From assembly GCA_951406725.2 (NCBI GenBank), contig OX597817.1, forward strand, positions 28,520,001 through 28,584,000: a stretch of 64,000 nt of DNA, written 5' to 3'. Each line of letters opens with the position of its first letter. Within the stretch, counting starts at the first letter, position 1. Shown here piece by piece: positions 51,421-63,966 of the stretch. Under the pieces are notes generated by a model. The model was given only the letters and a program-made list of their open reading frames with translations, had not been told where the DNA came from and ran no database searches. The translations under genes were made by a program, and so were the position numbers. The DNA is from Octopus vulgaris. Taxonomy: Eukaryota.

Positions 51421-54400
51421 AAGCTTATCATTTATGTGTTTGTATACTGTCTCCTTGCTTTAATATCACATGATTAATTGTAAGCTAAGTTTCACTGTCC
51501 ATGCAAGTGGTGGTCTTTCTTTCCAAGTTTTCCTGTAAATATGTCTGTTTATTGGGAAATATATCTGGTTATAGAAAAACAGGAGAGTGTTGGTGACGGG
51601 AAGAGCATCTGTCTATAGAAAATTTACCTCTGCAAATTTTGTCTGACCCATATCAATATAGAAATTGTATAAAAATGACGAATATATATATATATATTAA
51701 CTAAATGTTATCATTCAGCTAATACCATTAATTTCTACTTTTATCCTATGATTGAAATTTCCCAGAAGGAAATAAAGAGCAACATGTTTACTGAAATTTC
51801 TTACTAGGAAATTTCTCTGTACGTGTTGCCCTTATTGAGAATATCATGTGTTTGGAACAGTGTCTTATTGATAAATCAGGTGTTCCATTGCTTCAAATTC
51901 TTCTATTCTTACACACACAAATTGCCTTCATTTTTATTTCCTCAATTATAATGCTGAAGAATTTTGTGTCTCGCTTTTTATAATGCTTGAGTAGTTTTAA
52001 CACAGAATCATTTTTTTTTATTTTATTATATCGTATCAGCATCCAATAGAAATATTTTTTGTCAAAATATTTGCACTAACTCATTATACATTAACACACC
52101 ATTTTTTGCATTGAAATGTAAAGATTTGATATGTAAGTTGGTGAATTCATTGGATGTAGCAGCATGTGATATGAATTATTATAATTTCAGTCTGCATATG
52201 AAAGTTTTAAGATTGGTTTATTCTACTAGAATTGTGTTACATTCTAGAAAAAAATATATGTATCACTATTGTTATCAGCATACTTAAATTTAGTTAAAAA
52301 AGTATATCTATTGCACTTAGCTGTGGCTGAGTATCTTGCAGAAGTATCCTGCAGTATAATATAAACTCTAACAATTTATGGAAAACATTTGGAATTCCTT
52401 GAATAATCAAACCCGTTTCAGCTTAAAGCAATTTATGCAAACTGAAAAGATTTATAGGAATCTTTTGAAAATCATTTTAACTTAAAAATTAATTTATCTT
52501 TCTTGATATATAACTAGTTTCACAGCAATTCTATGACTTTCAAATTTAAAATTGAAATAGCATTCATAAGTCTTTGACACTTGAATTTTATAATCGTTAC
52601 AAAGTAATATAAGTTCATACGGGAATGTTAGCTTTTATATGTAAAATTAACATTTCTGGTCTATTCATTTATTTAGTATTAAAACTCAAATTTCAGTTCA
52701 TTTCCTTTGATCTATTGCATTTTAGTTTTTCAAATTTTATTATTATACAGAACAAGTCAGAACAAATCTTAGAACATTCTGCCACTTCAGAGTAAATGTT
52801 GATTTATAACTTACCTCTAAAAAAATATTACCATCTTTCTAGATAGGCTGTGATATTAATTTCTTTAATAAAAAAGAAAAAACCTCGGTTAAGGAATTTT
52901 TATGGGTTCTAATATTATTTAAGTATTTTTCTATCTGACAAAACTGTTTTTGTTAACTATGGAAGATATCTATCAAGATCACAAATATATTTATAATTTC
53001 AAATTGACATATTTAATCAATATATTCATAACACCTTTACTTCTGATAACATAAATTAAATTTTAGTAACGAAAATTCTTTGAAACTAGGTTTGACATCA
53101 AGTGTAACCAGTAACCTCTACTTTTACAGTACAATATTTTTAATAGTCTTCGTTTTCTGAGTAATTAATTGTTTAGACAACTGGGCACCCAAACATATTG
53201 TCATGGGTTCAACTCCCAGTCCAGGGGGTGCATTGTGTTATTGTGCAAGGTATTTCACTTCGTTGTTTCGCCAGCAAAAAAAAATGAGTATTTAGACTGA
53301 CTAAGAACCTGGTCAATATCAATTTAACATGACAATGTTAGCAAGTCAATGGTATGAGCAAAATCTTTCAGGCATAAAAAGGTATCCTTTCAGTAGTGGC
53401 TTTGTTTTTATTGTTTGCATTTTATCATTTCATTGATTTAAAATAAGAAGTCCAAAAAAAAAAAAAAAAAGAATGCTTTGCTTGCTGCTTAGTTCCGAAT
53501 CTACCCTTGATTGATTTGAGCATGAGTATTACAGTTATGATCATCCTAATCCATTTTAACATTTGAAAGAAATTTGGTTGGTATGTCTAGCAGATCAAGG
53601 AATCGTATGATAGCTTGAATTTTAAATGTAAAAGATGCTCACAGTTTTATTTGAAACCTAAGTCTCTAATACAGATCAATGTAACTACTATTGTATTGAA
53701 AATTAATACATATCTTTTCAACTTCAGTGATTGAGATATACCTCGGAAAAGTCAATGGTCTCTGTGTAACAAGAGAAAACAGGACCAGTTATGTATGTAG
53801 TCTAAAATGTTTCACTGAAGTGAATAAAGAAATTTATATATATCTTTGGATAGTTTTATTCACCTATTGTATATTTTATCCACATAAATAATTACTTCTT
53901 ATTTGTCTTTGGTTAGTATTAAAAGAATCCAGTTACAAAACATTTGCTTTAATATTTTGTACAAATACCAAAATTTCTAAACATACCTGATAAAACATTA
54001 AAAAATGGTTTGAAAACAGTTCTGTGGATAAGTAACAGAAAAAAACTATAGTCTCCTAATATCTCAAAAGTTTGCAGTAAAGGTTAAAGACCAATGATTA
54101 CTTGGATATGATTATGTGGAAGTAAATTATTTTAAGCTCTAAGTGAAAATAGCACTTAAAGATAGCTGTAGAACAAACATAGTTCTATTTCAATAAAACA
54201 TTAGTTTCAGAAGAATAACCTATAATTTTTATATGCTGAACTCTAGATAATTCCTACAGCATAATTTATTAGTTTCATACATCTATTAACTTCGGACATA
54301 GTAGTTTAGCAGTTTCATATATATTACTGTTCACCACTTTGTATCACAATTGACATGTGATATACAAATATAAAGTCAGAATGGCTGAATGAATAAGATG

Positions 54401-54984
54401 TTCACTTTTAGATTTATAGGTTATAGCTCGATGTGTTGCACAGACCATTTATCTCATTTTACTTATTCAAAATCAGCTCAATATCAAACAGAACAGAATT
54501 GATGGCAATAGTGAAGCTTAGTGCTTTGTTTCACATATTTTCCTTAGATTCTGTCATGTCTTTTACTGAGATTAATGCTTGTTTCCTTTCCAAAATGTTT
54601 AGATAGCCAAATATTTTTTTCTATTATATATGGTAAAACTTCAAGTAGATTATGTCTGTTTTGCTTTGGGAATGTTAAAAGTTTGAATGTCTTTATGTTT
54701 TTGTATTAATTCAGTCAATTTTTGTATAGACCAATGGTATTAGTTTATGAATATCTTTATAATAACATGGTTGGCTCTTATTTAGTGAACTTCTTCAGTC
54801 GACAATAATTATTTTGTCTTGTAAGTTTTTGTATTAGTTTATTCTTACATTGACAAAAGAAAATAAAATGATTCCAATATCTAAGCTTTTATAATTTAAT
54901 TTTATACAGCAGTTCCATTTTAAACTTAATCTGTGTAATTCTTTGTATAAACTTTCAGCAGACGTATTTAATCTACACATATAC

Positions 54985-55290
54985 ATAGGTGCTGACATAT
55001 CTGTAAGATCAAGAAGTTGGTTTCACAACTAAGTGGTTCCTGGATTGATTTCAATGTGTAGCACCTTGCACAGGTGTCTTCCACTTCAGCATTTGGTTGA
55101 TGTGTGCCTTGGGAATGGAATTTGGTGGGTAGAAACTGTGTGTGTTTATCAGTGTAAACTGATACATTGAATAGCCATCTGATAAATGGAAATCAATAAA
55201 ATAACCACTTGACTGAAATACTTCCAGAATTGACATGATCAACCCAGAACCTTTAAAGGACGGCCTCAGCATGAAACGACCAAAAACATA
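54985..55290 (+). mobile_element. Old SINE family A-like copy
   Basis: GTGGTTCCTGG...AGGTGTCTTCCACT...GGAATTTGGTGGGTAGAAACTG...CCTCAGCATGAAAC. Confidence 0.55.
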
Positions 55291-55749
55291 TAATTATAAA
55301 TCTGTCAATTTCATCCAACCTAAACTACATCCTTTACATCCCACTAATATGGAAGCTACTTATAGTATTCCTTCCTTTGGTACAAATCTCTCATCTTTTT
55401 CAGCTGATTAGATAATAAACCAATTTTCCTTTTAAGAAATCAAAAAATCTTAATATCTCTGATTGGAGGTTGGCATTCTAAAAGTATAATAGCAATAATA
55501 ATAAAAAGTGGGAAGAGCTCAGGGAGTGTTACCATTTCCAGCATTAATGGTGGGGGGGGGGGGCTGTCTCTATGTAAGGGGAAGATTTTATAATGCTTGT
55601 GTATGAAATACGATACTACATGGTAGCAAGATGTGGGCCTTGAATGTAGGGGATTTGCATAGTCTTGAAAGCAAGTATATTCAGTCGGATTTACATTGTG
55701 AGTGTGCTTGAATAACAAATACAAAAGCTGAGAGAAAAAAACTTGTTAT

Positions 55750-56087
55750 AAGACAAATCAGATGTAATGTGAAAGTAAGAAGACTGCATTGCAGCAAAAA
55801 TTTGATGCATATGGAGACTGCTTATAAAAATAGGCATCCTCTATATGCAACAAAGCTGTATAAATAAGTACTCAGTACTCAAATTGAATGGAATTTCTAG
55901 AAGTAGAAGTTCAAGTAAAACATGGGATGTATTGATAAAACTGGCTTCAGAAGCCTCAGCCTTATGAAGGAAATGCACAAAGGATTGCAACAAATGGCAA
56001 ATACACTGTGATGTAGGAGACCCATCCAACTCATGCAAGCATGGAAAAGCACTCATAAAATGATGATTATAATGATGATGATGATGA
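55750..56087 (+). mobile_element. RTE LINE 3' end
   Basis: IRCNVKVRRLHCSKNLMHME remnant; terminus CCAACTCATGCAAGCATGGAAAAG...(ATG)n. Confidence 0.7.
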
Positions 56088-56290
56088 TTTCTATTGTAGG
56101 CACAAGGTCTGAAACTTTGTGGGAAGTGGACAACTGATTGCAGTGCTGAGTTGGTACTTATTTTATCAATCACGGAAAGATGAAAGGCAAAGTCAGCATG
56201 AGTATCGTATGAACTTGGAATGTAAAGACAAACAAAATGCCACTATGCATTCTTTCAGATGTGCTAACAGTTCTGCCAGTTAGCTGCCTT
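56088..56290 (-). mobile_element. SINE family B
   Basis: TGGTACTTATTTTATC...GATGAAAGGCAAAGTC...TTCTGCCAG..GCCTT. Confidence 0.8.
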
Positions 56291-56318
56291 AATAATCACT
56301 CTCTCTCTCTTTCTCGCA

Positions 56319-56580
56319 CATCTCCCTAAATGCCTGAGAGACTTACATGGTGTGGATGTGGGTTTCTTTAAAACTAAACTGGATCTCTTCTTGTCGGGAG
56401 TCCCAGATGAACCTACCTCAACGACAGGAGACACATGCGGGCAGCAGCATCGAACTCCCTTGTTGATCAAGTGCCACGTATCAGAGGTGGATTCACAAAT
56501 TAGTGTGGCTCATTCAGTGGTGGTGCCCCAGCATGGCCGCGGCCTTCGGGCTAAAACATTTTAAAGGATTTTAAGGATTT
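56319..56580 (+). mobile_element. 3' end of a CR1-group LINE (ORF2 C-terminus, 3' UTR, repeat tail)
   Basis: HLPKCLRDLHGVDVGFFKTKLDLFLSGVPDEP...AASNSLVDQ matches the CR1-group C-terminal pattern NxLP..LR....FKxxLDxxLxxxPDxP; tail of (TTTTAAGGA)-like repeats. Confidence 0.8.
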
Positions 56581-56659
56581 TTATCTCTTTTTCTATCACT
56601 CATTAGTGACATGCTTCATTTGTTTTCTTCTGTCACCCTCTCGTTTTTTTTCTTGTATC

Positions 56660-56860
56660 TATTTCCACAGCTGATTAGGATCATTTAGATAATACAATCT
56701 ATCAATGACTTCTAGAGAGCCTTTTGAGCATATAAAGGAATTATTTTCATATGTACTCTCATGGCTAACTGCTGCTATACATATGCCACATATGAACATT
56801 TTTGCCTCTAAGCCTACCAGTAATTTCACTGTGCCTCTTGTGCCTCTGCAGTTATTCTTT
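56660..56860 (-). mobile_element. RTE LINE internal RT fragment
   Basis: ORF 56659..56910: FICGICIAA...SLEVIDRLYYLND resembles the RTE pattern FxCxxC...LEVVxxFxYLGD. Confidence 0.6.
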
Positions 56861-57697
56861 CTCTCTTCTGACATGTTTTTCATACTGTTCTTATTCAATC
56901 CCTTTACCAATAATCATCATCTAGCTGTCTTTCATTCCCTCCTTCACTATTCTATCACTTCACTTGTCTTTTATTTCACCACCCTCTTGGTCATGTTGCT
57001 TCTATTTACTATGACCAACAGATGTAATGTGACTTTGTTATGTCACCTCCTCTTACTCTCGTGTTACTCACATTTTCCTGTCATCCCCGCTCCACCCTAA
57101 TCTCTCTTTGTTGCTTTTCTATTCTTCTTCTAGCTCTCTGCTACAAAGTTGCTTGGGAAAGAAAGGAATGAATCAACAGAAGACAACACAATAAAGAGAG
57201 GACCAATCTTTAGATTGGTTTTTTTTTTTTGGCTAAGACAGACTATCTGATACTTGTGAGCAAATGAATAGACATTATGTAGGTTAGATAGTGGTGCAAA
57301 TGATAGTAGTGATAGTGATGATAATATGGTTAATTGTGATGATGATGATGATGATGTTGTTGATGATGATATAGAATATGACATACCAAAGCAGCTTGGC
57401 TAATGCTATAACAGTTTTGTTTTGTCATTGTATGAGATTGCAACATATAAATTTGTCTTCATAATTCTTATACCCACAAGCATACAGGCTATTAAATATA
57501 AGGCATATCTAAAATTATTGTTTCTTCCCTCACCCCCATTTGTTAATATACATTAAACCCTGAAGAAAGTACATTTTGAGTTAGGTGATTTCTCTATGGT
57601 TAGATTCTTAATCAAGAAGCATGAGAATTACATGTTGTTAATCATCAATGAAGTCTGGTTCTTGGTAACCCCAAACATTTAATTATATGCTTGGTAC

Positions 57698-58008
57698 AGG
57701 CGCATGGCTCAGTGGTTAGAGCGTCGAGCTTACGATCGTGAGGTTGTGAGTTCAATTCCCGGACCGGGCTGCGTGTTGTGTTCTTGAGCAAGGCACTTTA
57801 TTTCACGTTGCTCCAGTTCACTCATCTGTAGAAATGAGTTGCGACGTCACTGGTGCCAAGTTGTATCGACCTTTGTCTTTCCCTTGGATAACACTGGTGG
57901 TGTGGAGAGGGAAGACAGATATGCATGGACGACCACTGGTCTTCCATAAACAACCTTGCCCGGACTTGTGTCTAGGAGGGTAACTTTCTAGGTGCAATCC
58001 CATGGTTG
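57698..58008 (+). mobile_element. tRNA-derived SINE family C (a decayed relative at about 53190-53300)
   Basis: A box TGGCTCAGTGG, B box GAGTTCAATTCC, then GTGTTCTTGAGCAAGGCACTT (CORE/V-like start) and a unique tail; no acceptor stem closure, so it is not a tRNA gene. Confidence 0.85.
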
Positions 58009-58775
58009 TTGAAAAGTATTGTCTCTGTTTAAGTTTCTGAACTCGGTTCAGTTTTGTTCTGTTTAGTTTTGATATTTGTTATTAAGACAGAAAGAAAGAA
58101 AACAATTACCACTCTCAAGATTTTCAGCTGTAAGAAACTATCTTCTCTGTCAAGGCAATAAATATTTCTGTTGCACAACTACTATGTTTGACCATTAGTG
58201 TCTGTGTGTAGCTGCAATTGTTCATTTAAGAAGTAAATATTGTAATTTTAAATTGTTTTATTTGTAATTAAAATTAAATTAAAGTTGGTTAGTTATCAGT
58301 AATTATGAACTGGAATGGTTTTAATGAGAGGATTTGATATTATCTGTTAATTCAAAAAAGCATTTGAAGCAAAAGTGAATTATTGCAGATGCACATGCAC
58401 ACACACACACAAAATAGAAAAAACAACCATATTTCTGCAATGATTTTAAAGCTATTTTAGAGATTATTTTAAACTATTATTTCTATTTTCTGGAATTATT
58501 ATTTTACTAAAAGAATTATAAAATGATAGTCTCCATATTCTATTGAAAACACTCTGGTATATGTATAAGCTGAAAAGAAAAAGCCATAACCTTCATGTGC
58601 TGTACCTAAATTAAGATATGGACACACAAGTGTAGAGGGACGACAGGTAGACTTATAGAAAATTAATCGTCATCTTTAACAGTAGCACTAAAGCAGTATG
58701 TACTATGAGCATATAACTATTTTCCATGTTATAATGGGCTTAATCAAAATGTTGTAAATTTCAATTTAGTTAACA

Positions 58776-59158
58776 CTAGCAGTATCGCCCGGCGTTGCTC
58801 AGGTTTGTAAGGGAAATAACTATAAAGCATTTTTAGAGAGTTATAGCCAAAAAATAGCAAAGAAATTGGAAAAAAATGATGGTAAATATTTTTTTGAGAT
58901 TAAAAAGGTGGAGTTGCGTCCCCTAGACAGTTTGTGGTTTGTGTTTCTGATTCTCGACCCCATGTCGAATTTATCGATTTTTTCAGAACTGGGGGAACTT
59001 TTCAAAATTTTCGCTGCGTTAGTTTTGAATTATGACATTGGGCTATGTGTGTGTCAAGTTTCATCAGAATCGGTTGAAATCCGTGGTCAGGGTGAGGGTA
59101 CAAGCAAACAGACACACAGAAACACGCACAGACAAACTGCCGTTTATATAGAGAGAGA
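58776..59158 (-). mobile_element. Non-autonomous Helitron (copy 2)
   Basis: A|TC start and CTAG|T end on the minus strand; subterminal CCCGGCGTTGCTCAGG decayed hairpin; 5' 200 bp shared with 790-989. Confidence 0.8.
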
Positions 59159-61020
59159 TTTACTGTGATTAAAGAACCCTTTGATTCAAAGAATTCCTAT
59201 TTGCTATTTTGTCTCACATTTCTTATTCTTGTTAAAATATAAATTTTAAACTCAGACAAATCAGTAATCTTGTATTTTCATATAATGAAATATTTGGTCA
59301 TAGCAAAATCAACAAACGATATAAGTTCATTAATTTATGAAATATTCATTTACTTAGATATTGATTATTAGATATTGATCATCTTTATTTTACTTTTTTC
59401 TCTGTATAGAAGCAGTTTTTGACACAAACCATCAGGCTTACTTCTTACTTAAATTCATACAACTTGCCCCTTCTAAAATTACAATTTTCTGAATGCTGAA
59501 TATTCCTAACTACTGTGTTTAACTTCTTTTTCTTTTTCAATGGAGATTTTAAAAATTCATAAGGTCCATTTCGTTTTAGGTGTGTGAAACCAAAGTGTAG
59601 CGTTATATTTTCCTTGATTTTTGCTGTTTGAGCTTCTATCAATATGTAATATAGAAGTTATTGATATACAAACTTAGTATTATTTACTATATTTATATCA
59701 AACTTCTTTGCCACTTAAATCCTGTTGTTGTTCCAGATTTCATCCTTCATAAGATCCTATTATTGACCCTGTTTTCACATACTTGCATTGTTCTGATAAT
59801 TATTTCCAGCACTGTCAAACAGCTGGAAATGGTAGAAATAATAGAGTGTTATACAAAATGCCTTATGACTTATGTTCTGAGTTCAAACAAACTTTTTTCC
59901 ATTCCATGAAGTCCTATAAAATAAGTAGTGTGCTTCATTGAATTGGCTGTGTATTGCTTCTGTCAAGTTTGTGTACTAAGAAATTACATTTGTTACTCAT
60001 ATTACCACTTTTTAGCAATTTTTTCTCATTTCTTACTGTGTTCTTCTTGTACGAAAAAAAATACAACAACAACAACAAAAGACAATGAGCAATAATTACT
60101 CAAAATGTCTTTCACAAAAATAAAACTCCAGAATAATATGGAGTTAACAACCAAATATTTTGTTTTGTCTATTCTCCTTCTTTATTCATTAATATGTAAA
60201 TTAGTGTTTGTATATATGAATTAAACATCAGAATAACTTACCTGTCTCAGGCTATCAGCATGTAATATAGTATAAACGTATGAATACATTTTCAACAAAT
60301 GGTGTCTCCTATGGTGTCATATGAACATAAGAGAGTAGTTGCATTGGTGATAATACATTTGACTTAAAATATTGTGACTGGCACAATGTTTGTATTTATG
60401 AGATTCATATTTAATGCAGCTTGCCTTAAAAATATAGGCCATCATCAGTGAGTTAGTTGAGAGAAGGCTATTAGCATCTAGCTTTAAAATAAATTGCTGT
60501 TATAATTCTTGTAAATATATTTGCCTCATTATAACATGGCAGACAAATGATAATTAAATACATAAATTATATCTACTATAGTCGTCAAAATATATTCTGA
60601 TTTCTCTCAAGAAATTATAGGTATATAATATAGAGAAACTGGTTGTTGAAAAATAAATCAATATTCTGAGTATAATCTGTTATTTTCTCTTTACAACTAT
60701 TGGGTGTAAGAGAATGTTTGTCATGGTTTTCTTTAAATTAGTACAGTATATGAAAGCACATAGCTATTATAATTCTTCATGATCTTTCTTGTAACTTCTA
60801 TACCTCCAACTTTCTTCTTCAAGTCTTTCAGCACTTTTTCCATCTTTAGTTTCCGTTAATGCCCTTGATTTTGTTATTTCAGTATTTTACGTTATATATT
60901 TACATAAAAGAAGAATATGTCTTTATAAGCATGCCAGTTGCAGAGTAGATTTCGACATTGTCATGAAAGCCAAACTATTAAGGATTGAAAACATACTCAC
61001 ATATATAAACAACTTGAGTT

Positions 61021-61042
61021 GCACATAGATAGCTCCTCTCAT

Positions 61043-61090
<48 letters not shown>
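61021..61090. repeat. (CA)n(TA)n microsatellite
   Basis: Direct reading. Confidence 0.9.
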
Positions 61091-62394
61091 TTACATTTGA
61101 CTGTACATACACATTCATGTATACATAGTTTGTGCACATACATTAATTTGATAACAGTCTGTAATAATATTCAAGTTAAATGCAGTTAGCATCCATATAT
61201 CTTGGAAGCATGTAGCAATCAAAACTATGAAGTAAAACTATGTTTTCATTTCCATCAGCATAAAAGTGTTCGTGACTGTAAGAATGTGTGAATATTGTAA
61301 GTGAGAGAAATTCCTGATTTTTGTCATCAGAATCTCTCTCTTTAATTGATGTCTCTGGGCATTATATTATTATCGGCATGGCAAGATTCTATCAAAAATG
61401 GATCCTGTAAGGCAAGAGCTACAAAGATCTGAAACAAATCTGATACAAAATAACAAACCCCATAATATATCATTATCACCATCACCACTATTTACTCATC
61501 ATCATCATCTGTGTTGTTATCATCATCATCATCATCATCATCATCTAGTAAGTGAGGAATGAATACAGCACTTTGTTTAAAAGGATGCTATCTCTTAAAC
61601 ATTTGTTTTTCATTTACAATGTTCAGTTTATTTTCTATATATTATATACATTTATGGAATAGCTGTTAACTTCTTATGCATAATCGTGTTCTTAATAGCT
61701 TCCATTTATATATGTAGTATCATTTTTGCTCCTGTAGATGGATTTTATCAAAAATATGTTTCATTTTAAGTGAAATCATTTTAAGAAAATTTTAATTTCT
61801 GATAAAAGATATAAAAAAGTATGATCAAATGATTGAGATTTTGCATTATTCACTTCAAGGCCATAAGCTCAAAGTTTATTACCAGTAATGTGTTGTGCCC
61901 TTAGATAAACCTCTTTACTTGACTTAATTAACCTTGCAGAAAATTATAAAGTGATAAATGGATTTGACAGGAAAAATACATTGCTATAAAATGCATATGG
62001 CTAAATATTTCATTCAATTAATTCAGGTTCTGACCCTGTTCAGTTATTCAAGAGTTGTTAAAAGGGGCGTCAGTTACCCATTATATATAGCGCAGTTTAT
62101 TTTATTTTGATAATGTGGTATAACAGTGAGATAAATCCCATTTTTGTGATAAAGATTATTTTTCAACATACCCAAACACACAGCTGTGTATTTTTAAAAT
62201 TTTGCTTATGTGGCATCCCTGACTTCCGTATGCTTTTCTGTTCTGGTAGAGTTCATATTGATGATGTTCAGTTCAAATTTTTATTTTAAAACATAGGTAA
62301 GAAAAAGGTGGGCACAGATCTAATGAAAAAATAATTGAGTGAAGTGTTTAGCACAATGAATTGAAATTGATGAAAGAAGGATCTTTTAATTTTT

Positions 62395-62760
62395 TTATTT
62401 GGTTCAGCCATCAGATTGTGCTATGCCAGGGCAGCAACTTGAATTTTATTTTGAATGGATTGACCCCAGTGCTTAATTTTTTAAAGTCTGGTATTTATTC
62501 TATTGGCCTCTTTCATGGAACCACTAGGTTATAGGGACATAAACAAAGCAACACCAGTAGTCAAGCATTTGTGGAAGACAAGCACACACACACACACGAC
62601 AGATTTCTATTCAGTTTCTCTCTGCCAAATCAACTCACAAGGCTTTGGTCAGCCTCAGGCTATAGTAGAAGACACTTGCCCAAGTTCTTAAGCAGTGGGA
62701 CTGAACCTGAAATCATTTGGTTGGGGAGCAAGATTCTTACCACACAGCCATACCTTTGTG
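62395..62760 (-). mobile_element. SINE family A (diverged)
   Basis: CTCACAAGGCTTTGGTCAG...GAAGACACTTGCCCAAG...CTTACCACACAGCC. Confidence 0.85.
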
Positions 62761-62899
62761 TATTAGGGTGAGGGAAGAGAGGTAAATGTGTTGGGTAACT
62801 TGGTTATAATGTCCCCTAAATTATGAAATTTAGTGTAAACAAAAGAGCATGAAAGACATAACTAAACCATGGCACAATTCTGAGTTTGTCAAAATTTAG

Positions 62900-63500
62900 G
62901 CTGCAAAAATACCTGGTGAACTAGCATCCAATTCATGAGATATGATGAATAGAACCAACTGGAAGACAACATAATATGGTTTGCTTTAGTTCAAGATAAC
63001 AGTCTTGCTTTCATCAAGTTGTCAAAAGCAGGAGAACCATCTGTGATCTCTGTAGATCTCTGAAGAGGCACTTTGCAGAAATAATGGTACTGATTCTTGA
63101 AAAGTGTAGGAGACACCAGAATGTTGTTGTTTTGGATTGTTTCAATCATCTTTGAGTTGTTGAAACTAGTGGAAGTAGAGGAAGAACTGGTAGGTTCAGA
63201 GTAATAGTTTTCCTTGGGAATTGGACATAGTGTCATGCTACTCTATAGCTTGGGTGAGATACTACCTTTATAGAGAGAGAGAGATTTAAGAGTTTGGTAA
63301 GATTAGTGCTATCTCAGGAAATAACCCTTCTAAGAATTGGTTGCTTTATTGAACAGTAGTGACTGAAGAATTGTTCAAGTAATGCAACCAGCTTTGTGTA
63401 TGTGATATTGAGGCTGGTGGAGCAGAGATGGAGAGTATGTAGAAGGTTTGTTGAATTTTTGCTCTGTTGTGTTGGAAGCAGGACTGCCAGCAAATTCACT
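62900..63500 (-). mobile_element. Decayed APE-type LINE RT fragment (CR1/Jockey group)
   Basis: ORF 62991..63236: LCPIPKENYYSEP...SKMIETI...NQY...QRST...AFD...LLS follows the pattern PIPKKG..S.PSNYRP..SKxxE..QYGFR..RST..KAFD. Confidence 0.7.
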
Positions 63501-63932
63501 GCCTTTTATGGTGCTACATATAAAACTATCTTGGTTGCAGAATAGTATACAGTGATTGGAATAGTTTGGAGAGGATACAGTACGTGAATTAGCATAGCAT
63601 GATTTTGTTCTAAATGTTCAGGAGTGACTATAAATTTTGTATGATTTTGAAAAAAAAAATATGTAAAATTAGCCTGAACAAGAGAGATGATAAGGAGATA
63701 TGGGATGAATGAGTAGTGTCTCAGAGGTGACTAGTCAGTGTTGTTTCTGTGATAATAGTAGGTGTTGTATAGGTTTAAGTTTGAACCAAAGGTAACAAAA
63801 ATTAGAAGTAAAGGGAGAATTGTCCAATAGTTTATTTTTAAAAAATTCTATTTGATTTCTCTAATTTTCAATATATTGTTTTTGCAATTTGATAATTTGT
63901 TAATTTCCATGTATTTAGAAATAAAATCTACA

Positions 63933-63966
63933 TTGCATTTTTTGTTTCTGTATTTTTCAGGTAAGT
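63933..63966 (+). other. Candidate recursive splice site (ratchet point)
   Basis: TTGCATTTTTTGTTTCTGTATTTTTCAG|GTAAGT: strong polypyrimidine acceptor directly abutting a consensus donor; AG-free for about 40 nt upstream. Confidence 0.55.

Noticed and set aside
57698-57772. Possible tRNA gene
   Set aside because: It has A and B boxes but poor anticodon and acceptor stems, and runs straight into a SINE body.
60236-60330. Minus-strand exon ending CAG|GTAAGT (RHHLLKMYSYVYTILHADSLRQ)
   Set aside because: Weak acceptor, no partner exons and no recognisable protein; treated as chance.
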